This document shows, piece by piece, positions 57,713 through 64,000 of a stretch of DNA of 64,000 bases (the stretch's first letter is position 1; every line of letters begins with the position of its first letter). This DNA comes from an uncultured virus (IMG/VR IMGVR_UViG_3300021964_000019) (Duplodnaviria; Heunggongvirae; Uroviricota; Caudoviricetes): the IMG/VR virus record IMGVR_UViG_3300021964_000019, one strand, 5' to 3'. The position numbers and the translations under genes are program-made. The notes below the pieces were generated by a model, which saw only the letters and a list, made by a program, of their open reading frames with translations, did not search any database and was not told where the DNA came from.

Positions 57713-58159
57713 ATGTCGAATCAGAGAAGAAATATTATTAATCATATTCTCAATAACTTAAAGTTGATAAATGAATCAATATCATCTTTAAACTCATCTT
57801 ATACATTCCAAAATAATATTTATGGTAATGTATTTAGAAAAGTAAAATTTTTAGACGAAGTAAACGATTTCCCCTCGATCTACTTTCAAGTCGGAGAAGA
57901 GGTTAGAGTATACAATACTTTAGGTAATACCACGGGTATAATAACTTTAACTCTTAGAATTTATGTCACAGAGGAAGATTCATCTAAAGGATTAGATAGT
58001 TTAATTCAAGACATAGAACACGTAATATATAATATGAACACTGGTATATATGATATAAGAGATATAACTATAAACAGTGTAGATACTGATGAGGGATTAG
58101 TAAAACCATACGGAATTGGTGAGATAGAACTTATCATTGAGTATGAACTAGATAATTAA
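57713..58159 (+). CDS. Tail terminator (T5 p142-like)
   Basis: RRNII...FLDEVNDFP...TDEGL..PYG; lies directly before the tail tube gene. Confidence 0.8.
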   Translation: MSNQRRNIINHILNNLKLINESISSLNSSYTFQNNIYGNVFRKVKFLDEVNDFPSIYFQVGEEVRVYNTLGNTTGIITLTLRIYVTEEDSSKGLDSLIQDIEHVIYNMNTGIYDIRDITINSVDTDEGLVKPYGIGEIELIIEYELDN

Positions 58160-58170
58160 GGAGTTAAAAA

Positions 58171-59475
58171 ATGGCGGGTACTCAGCTAAACTTACAAAGA
58201 AATACTACAGTCTTTTACTCAATAAAAGACTTGTCGCTGACTTCAACAGCAGCTGCTGATCTTACTCCTGCTAATACCTGGAGAATTGAGGTTTTAGCGG
58301 GGTACGCTCTTTCTGCTGATTCTGCGGTTCAAGATATCACCTCATTAGAGAGTGGATTAGACCCAGACAGAAGTGTACAAAGATTTAACACTGCACGTAA
58401 TCCTGTGGAGTGGAATTTTCAAACATATTTAAGACCTACTGGAGCAGAAGTAAATGATCCTTCTCAAGGTACAGGATTAGCAGAAACAGGAAATTCAAAA
58501 CCTGTAGCTGATTGGTATTTATGGCAATCATTAATTAGTAATACAGCTCCTGCATCTTCAAACGGTGGTGAACAGTCTGTGTGGTTCTATGATACTAACA
58601 CCTCTTCTGCTAAAATTAAATCAGCAAATACTGCAGCATCAGCAAACACACATTCAACTCGTTCTAACTTTGCTATTGCTCAAGAAAATCATATGTACTT
58701 TAAGCTTGATAACCTTGTATACCAAGTTAAGAAAGCGATTGTAAACAGTGGTGAAATCGATGCTTCTGTTGATGGAATTGCAACTACTACTTGGAGTGGT
58801 TTTGGTACAGAAATGGTTGAATTAACAGGCGATGCAAGAAATAAGGCTATTGCTGTATTTGGAGGAGTTAACAACGATGGTTCTACTATTACTCCTAATG
58901 CATCTATTACTACTACAGCCGCAGCTTCACACCATCCTTATGCAACAATGAACGTAGAAGGTTCAACTTATACTGTTGACTTTATTAAAAACCGTCTAAG
59001 TGCTATTGAGATTTCACATCAAGGATCTGCTGCAGAAGGCGCTAACGTATACTCATTCCCTGTAACTGGTCTAAGCTTTAGCTACTCTAACGATGTTACA
59101 TATCTAACACCAGAAGAACTAGCTGCTCTGAACACTCCAATTGGGCAGTTTACAGGATCTAGAACAATCACAGGATCATTTACTGCATATCTAAGATCTG
59201 CTTCAGAAAACTCCACAAGAGCAAACTCTGCACAGTTCTTGAACAAAGTTGTGAATGACTCTCGTGTGTCTCACGCAATTACTAGCTCTGCTAACATTCA
59301 AATTGGTGGTGGAACTGCTCCATATTTCCATATTGCAATGCCAGCAGTGCAGTTTAACTTTCCAGTTCATCAAATTGATGATGTTCTTGGAATGTCTGTT
59401 GACTTCCTTGCACAAGAAGGTCAGCGTGGTTCTGGAGACGAGATTGAGTTCTTCGTAAAAAGTGATAATAACTAA
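58171..59475 (+). CDS. Major tail tube protein (T5 pb6-like)
   Basis: LQRNT.VF, EVLAGY, FNTARNPVEWNFQTYLRP, FTGSRTITGSFTAYL. Confidence 0.85.
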   Translation: MAGTQLNLQRNTTVFYSIKDLSLTSTAAADLTPANTWRIEVLAGYALSADSAVQDITSLESGLDPDRSVQRFNTARNPVEWNFQTYLRPTGAEVNDPSQGTGLAETGNSKPVADWYLWQSLISNTAPASSNGGEQSVWFYDTNTSSAKIKSANTAASANTHSTRSNFAIAQENHMYFKLDNLVYQVKKAIVNSGEIDASVDGIATTTWSGFGTEMVELTGDARNKAIAVFGGVNNDGSTITPNASITTTAAASHHPYATMNVEGSTYTVDFIKNRLSAIEISHQGSAAEGANVYSFPVTGLSFSYSNDVTYLTPEELAALNTPIGQFTGSRTITGSFTAYLRSASENSTRANSAQFLNKVVNDSRVSHAITSSANIQIGGGTAPYFHIAMPAVQFNFPVHQIDDVLGMSVDFLAQEGQRGSGDEIEFFVKSDNN

Positions 59476-59477
59476 TA

Positions 59478-59610
59478 AAATTATTACTTGAGGGGGTAAA
59501 TAATTTCATGTGGGTGTTCATCATGAGCAACAACGAGCTTCCCCCTCAGCTCTGTTTTAGCTAATAATGATGGACACCCTTTTTTTATATTAACACCTAG
59601 TAGGGGGAAA
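59478..59610 (+). promoter_or_regulatory. Structured intergenic RNA: terminator with kissing-loop/anti-SD potential
   Basis: GGGTGTTCATCAT/ATGATGGACACCC stem with T7 tail; apical loop TTCCCCCTCA is complementary to TGAGGGGG (59489) and to the SD AGGGGGAA (59602). Confidence 0.65.
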
Positions 59611-59612
59611 AC

Positions 59613-60044
59613 ATGAGTAAAATTTCAAATTTAATTGCAACAGAAACTATCACTGAAGTAGAATATCCAGACATTGATGGTTTTATTTTAAAAATTGCGT
59701 ATCTTAGCAGAGAAGATCTAGTTAAGATTAGAAACCAAAGTTTAACTTATAAATTTAATAAACGTACTCGTCAGCGAGAAGAAGAGATTGATCAAGATAA
59801 GTTTTTAGAAGCTTATACTAAAAAAGCAATTAGAGGATGGAAAGGTTTAAAATTAAAAAATCTTCCACAACTCTTGCCTGTTGATTTAACAGGGGTTAAT
59901 CTAGAAGAAAACGTAGCCTATTCAGAAGAAGAAGCTCTTGAACTAATTAAAAACTCTTCTGTATTTGATCAGTTTATTACTGATTGTATGAATGATTTTG
60001 AACAGTTTTCAGTAACAAAAAAAGCTGAAGCGGAAAAAAACTAA
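59613..60044 (+). CDS. Tail assembly chaperone (gpG-like)
   Basis: YPDIDGF...YLSRE...IRGWKGLK; lies between tail tube and tape measure. Confidence 0.85.
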   Translation: MSKISNLIATETITEVEYPDIDGFILKIAYLSREDLVKIRNQSLTYKFNKRTRQREEEIDQDKFLEAYTKKAIRGWKGLKLKNLPQLLPVDLTGVNLEENVAYSEEEALELIKNSSVFDQFITDCMNDFEQFSVTKKAEAEKN

Positions 60045-60409
60045 TAAAATACCTCCAGTCTAATTTTGTAGGTGGAGGTATTACAAAAGAACAATATTGG
60101 TTAATGGCAGATCAAATGGGTTGGCAAGATTTTGATGACCAACCTCTTGATACTTCAGATTTATCTTTAGAGGCTCAACAAGCTTTAGTATTAATGAATG
60201 TATTACCTGATAAAGTTGAAGGTATGAATGGAGTTTGGTTAGGTAAAGAGTATGCGGGTTTATCAGATATTATGACAATATTTCAAATGGTAAACTGGAA
60301 AGATACTTTTGAAATGCTTCAAATTTGTATTCAAGAATATAGCAAATTTTATGAAGAAAAGCGTAAACAAGAAGAACGAAAAGCAAAAGCTGGTTCCAAA
60401 TTTAGATAG
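60035..60409 (+). CDS. -1 frameshift extension of the chaperone (gpGT-like)
   Basis: Slippery A AAA AAC at 60035-60041; the -1 frame is open from CTA 60041 into the ORF ending at 60409. Confidence 0.8.
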   Translation, partial: KKLIKYLQSNFVGGGITKEQYWLMADQMGWQDFDDQPLDTSDLSLEAQQALVLMNVLPDKVEGMNGVWLGKEYAGLSDIMTIFQMVNWKDTFEMLQICIQEYSKFYEEKRKQEERKAKAGSKFR

Positions 60410-60417
60410 GATGATTA

Positions 60418-63400
60418 ATGGCTAGTAGAATAAATGAGATTCGTACCAAAGCTACCACACAAGGTTTTGATAAAGCTGCTAAAGACGTCAATAAGCTGAA
60501 TCAAGCTCAAGAGCGTACTACTCGTTCCTCTCAAAATTTAGGAAAAGCTTCTGCTGCTTCAGGTAGACAATTTGCCGCTCAAGCCTCTGGCTTAGGCGGT
60601 TTTGTTGCTGCTTATGCTGGTGCAGCTGCAAATATCTTTGCAGTCCAGCAGGCTTTTTCTGCACTATCTCGCGCTGCTCAAGTTGAAACTACTATTAGAG
60701 GTACTCGTACACTTGCTGCTGAAATTGGATTAAGTGGTGATGCTATTATATCTAAACTTCAAGAAGTAACACAAGGTCAATTAACAGCCGCTGAAGCTGC
60801 TCAAAATGCTAACATTGCTTTATCTGCGGGTTTTAATACAGATCAAATTGAGCAACTAACTGAAGTAGCTACTAAAGCATCCAAAGCTTTGGGTAGAAAT
60901 TTAACTGAGTCTATTCAGCGTGTATTTCGTGGTGCTATTAAACTAGAACCTGAACTATTAGACGAAATTGGTATCTTTACTCGTATTGAGCCAGCTGTTG
61001 AAAAATATGCAGCATCGTTAAATAGAAGCGTAGGATCATTAACTGAGTTTGAACGTCGTCAAGCGTTTGCTAATGCTGTAGCTGAAGAAGGTCAGAGAAA
61101 ATTTAATGAAATCGACTTATCTTCTCGCAGTGCGCAAAAATCTCTCGAACAACTTTCCGCAAAATTCTTAGACTTAGCTACTAAAATTGGTATATCTATA
61201 GCCAATTTTATAGAACCTTTTGTGGCTTTTTTGTCAAAAGATTTTGGTAATACTCTTTTAGTTTTAGGAGGTATATTTACTCTTGTATTTAGAGGAGCAG
61301 CACAACAAGTAGCACAATTTACCCAATCTTCTGTTGTTGGTCTTAATAAAGCTCTAGGAACTTTAGAATCTTTTTCTCGAAAACTAGGAGGGACTTCAGA
61401 ACAATTTGCAGCTACAACTGCTAAAGCAACAGAAGCTGCTGGAGGCTTTGTTGGTCAAGGAGGTTTTGCAGGTCGTAGAGAGATAGCTGGAGAAGCTACA
61501 AAAGCTAAACAAGCTGTTTTAAGTGGTTCTATTGGTTCAGTAGCTGAGGCAAAAGCAGCAAGAGACGCATTAAAAGCTCAAATAGCTGAAGAACGTGCTT
61601 TTCAGGTTGCAGTTAGAGCAAGTAATAGAACTTTAGAACAGAAAAATATAGCCTTAGAAAAATCAAGAGGAAGAACACGAGCATTAACACAAACTGTTAG
61701 AGAACTAACCTTGGCAGAACAGCAAGCTGGAATAGCTTCCAGATTTTTAGCTAAAAGCACTAAGGTAGCTTCTGTAGCTGTTACAGCATTTGGTACTGCA
61801 GTAGGGTTTGCGCTATCTAAATTAAATCTATTGTTTTTTGCAGTAACTACAATACAATCTATATTACAGTTTTTTGGTATTGATGCCATTGGTTCAGTAG
61901 TTAATTGGTTTTCTAAACTTGGTGAAGAACAAAGAATGATAGAAAAAGGATTTAAAGGGTTAGTATCAGCTGTAACAGATGTAAGTCAATCAATGATTGA
62001 ATTAGCAGGACTTGAAGAAGCTGCTGATTATGCTGACTTAGTTAATACAGCTATAAAATCTGTATCAACTACTACTGTAGATAATATAGAAATTATGAAT
62101 GAGTGGGAAGCTATGCTTTTAAAAACAGTAGCTGTTCCTGTTGATGAACAAATAAAAGAATTAACAGGTCGCATGAGACAGCTTAGAGAAGAGATGGATA
62201 CTGGTACAGGGGATATAGCTAAACAAACTCTAGCTTATAATGCTTTAAAAGATGCTCTAAAAATTGTATCATCTGGTTTAGGAGAATTTAGTTTTCAAAT
62301 ATCTAGAGGAGCAGAAAACACTGGGTTATCAGAAAAAGCTTTCGCTGCTGCTATTATAAAAATAAAAGACGCTGGTAGATTGTCTAGAGAGGCTTCTGGA
62401 GAAATTCTAATATTAGGTGAATCAATAGGACAGGTTGGACAAGACGGAGTAGCTAGATTTACAGAATTTGGTGAAGTAGTATTCGATTCTGAAGCTAAAC
62501 TAGCGAATCTTAAAACTACTTATGATGATGCCTTTAATGCAGGAACTATTACTGCTGAGAAATCAGCAAAAACTCTTTTAGGATATAAAAATATATTAAA
62601 AGAATTAGAAGAAGCTCAAAAAGCTGCTGGTGGACAAAATAAAGCATTAGCAGAAAGTATTCTATTTTTAACTTATAGAATACAAACACAAAGTAAAGAA
62701 ACTGAGAAACTATTAGCAGCGGAAAAAAACTTAAAAACATTTAGAGAATCTTTTTCTAAAGAAATTAGAGCAGTCGATACTGCTATTGCTCAAGGTGTTT
62801 TAGGAATAGACGGTTCTCTAGCTAAAAATGCCGCAGAACAACAGGCTAATAGAGTTAAGTACTTACAACAAACTATTGATGCTTTTAATACTTTAAATGA
62901 TGAACAGAAAAAAGGTAAAAATTTAAATGGCGATACAGTTAATATTTATCAGGCTGGTATTGCAGCCCTTAAAGCTCAAGCAGGTATTATTATTCAATTA
63001 CCTGCAAAACTAGAAAAGATTAGACTAATAGAAGAAAAAAGAGCTATACAGATGAAACAACAGATTGACGCTCTAAAACTTCAAAACAAATTAATTGCTG
63101 TAAATGCGCTTGTATCTCAAAATAAACTTGAAAAAGAATTATTAGATGTAAGAATTCAGCGTATTAATAGAGAAAAAATTTCTTTAGAGCTACAAAAAGC
63201 AAGAAATCAAGCAGGAGTAAAAGAGTTAGAACAGTATAAAAATTTACTACAACTTGACCAAGAAAGAGAGTCTTTGCAAAGTAAGCTAGCAAGAGCACAG
63301 CTAGAGGGTACACAAATTACTAGCGAATTAGATGATCAAAAAGCGCTTTTAAATGCTAGAATAGAAGTTGAAAAGGCTGCTACTTCTACTTCTCAAAATC

Positions 63401-64000
63401 AGTTTAATGCTAGAATGAAACTATTAGAGGTAGAAAATCAAAATAATCTTAATGATATTGAAAGAAGACGTGCTATTGCTCAGTTTGAGTATGATGTGAA
63501 AAAAGTTGAACTCAGTAATCGAATGGAAATGTTACAAGCAGAAAAAGACATTAATGATGAAAAAATTGCAGCATTGAGAAAAGAAAATAATTTTGAATAT
63601 AATAAAATAATTCTTCCTTTACAAGAACTAGAAGATAAGAAAAGAGCAAACGAAAGAAGGGCTCTTGAATTGCAAATAAGTGTATTAAATACTCAAGAAA
63701 AAATCAACCTTGCTAAAATCGAAGCAGATAAAGATAACAGATTAGCAGAACTAAAATTAGTTGAGGCAAACTATTCTTTACTAAAAGGAGAAATAGAATT
63801 AGCAAAAAGCTACTTAGAAGGTAGAAAAAAATTAATTGAAGCTGAGTCAGATATAATTAATGGACTTTTAAAAGCTATCGGTATAATAAAAGAAGTTGAA
63901 CTTCCAGACATAGGTAAAATCAGTCTTGATATTGGAGGACAAAGTTTAGATGAGTATATTAAAGATGCTAAAGACGGTATTATGGATACTTATAAACTTC
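60418..64000 (+). CDS. Tape measure protein (T5 pb2-like), truncated by the window end
   Basis: MASRINEIRTK...GRQFAAQASGLGGFVAAYAGAAANIFA...KLEPELLDEIGI; no stop noticed and absent from the ORF track, consistent with running off the end. Confidence 0.88.
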   Translation, partial: MASRINEIRTKATTQGFDKAAKDVNKLNQAQERTTRSSQNLGKASAASGRQFAAQASGLGGFVAAYAGAAANIFAVQQAFSALSRAAQVETTIRGTRTLAAEIGLSGDAIISKLQEVTQGQLTAAEAAQNANIALSAGFNTDQIEQLTEVATKASKALGRNLTESIQRVFRGAIKLEPELLDEIGIFTRIEPAVEKYAASLNRSVGSLTEFERRQAFANAVAEEGQRKFNEIDLSSRSAQKSLEQLSAKFLDLATKIGISIANFIEPFVAFLSKDFGNTLLVLGGIFTLVFRGAAQQVAQFTQSSVVGLNKALGTLESFSRKLGGTSEQFAATTAKATEAAGGFVGQGGFAGRREIAGEATKAKQAVLSGSIGSVAEAKAARDALKAQIAEERAFQVAVRASNRTLEQKNIALEKSRGRTRALTQTVRELTLAEQQAGIASRFLAKSTKVASVAVTAFGTAVGFALSKLNLLFFAVTTIQSILQFFGIDAIGSVVNWFSKLGEEQRMIEKGFKGLVSAVTDVSQSMIELAGLEEAADYADLVNTAIKSVSTTTVDNIEIMNEWEAMLLKTVAVPVDEQIKELTGRMRQLREEMDTGTGDIAKQTLAYNALKDALKIVSSGLGEFSFQISRGAENTGLSEKAFAAAIIKIKDAGRLSREASGEILILGESIGQVGQDGVARFTEFGEVVFDSEAKLANLKTTYDDAFNAGTITAEKSAKTLLGYKNILKELEEAQKAAGGQNKALAESILFLTYRIQTQSKETEKLLAAEKNLKTFRESFSKEIRAVDTAIAQGVLGIDGSLAKNAAEQQANRVKYLQQTIDAFNTLNDEQKKGKNLNGDTVNIYQAGIAALKAQAGIIIQLPAKLEKIRLIEEKRAIQMKQQIDALKLQNKLIAVNALVSQNKLEKELLDVRIQRINREKISLELQKARNQAGVKELEQYKNLLQLDQERESLQSKLARAQLEGTQITSELDDQKALLNARIEVEKAATSTSQNQFNARMKLLEVENQNNLNDIERRRAIAQFEYDVKKVELSNRMEMLQAEKDINDEKIAALRKENNFEYNKIILPLQELEDKKRANERRALELQISVLNTQEKINLAKIEADKDNRLAELKLVEANYSLLKGEIELAKSYLEGRKKLIEAESDIINGLLKAIGIIKEVELPDIGKISLDIGGQSLDEYIKDAKDGIMDTYKL

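Noticed and set aside
1..64000. Alternative genetic code
   Set aside because: Genes are long and tightly packed under code 11, with TAA, TAG and TGA all used as stops.

Overview
Segment of a T5-like (Demerecviridae-like) tailed dsDNA phage genome, probably marine or aquatic. Four blocks. (1) 1-2300: small + strand early-type genes. (2) 2350-13275: a - strand operon of virion/receptor-binding proteins (three Mtd_N-like adaptor proteins and a 1923-aa protein). (3) About 13300-21550: a T5-like pre-early/terminal-repeat region. It holds three A2 paralogs, two HAD phosphatases, PPK2, HNH and GIY-YIG-like nucleases and an unannotated ArfA-like peptide. It is organised as ~1-kb promoter-bearing cassettes separated by a repeated composite element (palindromes plus inverted IHF-like boxes around a GC-rich core). 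A non-coding array of C-GNA-G triloop DNA hairpins borders it on the left. (4) 21800-64000: + strand late region with sugar-modifying enzymes, a duplicated tail terminator, terS, a 3775-aa sequon-rich fibre and its partners, three 2OG-Fe(II) oxygenases, terL, nicking HNH, portal, a protease-capsid in-frame fusion, head/tail completion, tail tube, a -1 frameshifted chaperone and the start of the tape measure. All family calls come from motif recognition and synteny by eye; no database search was run.
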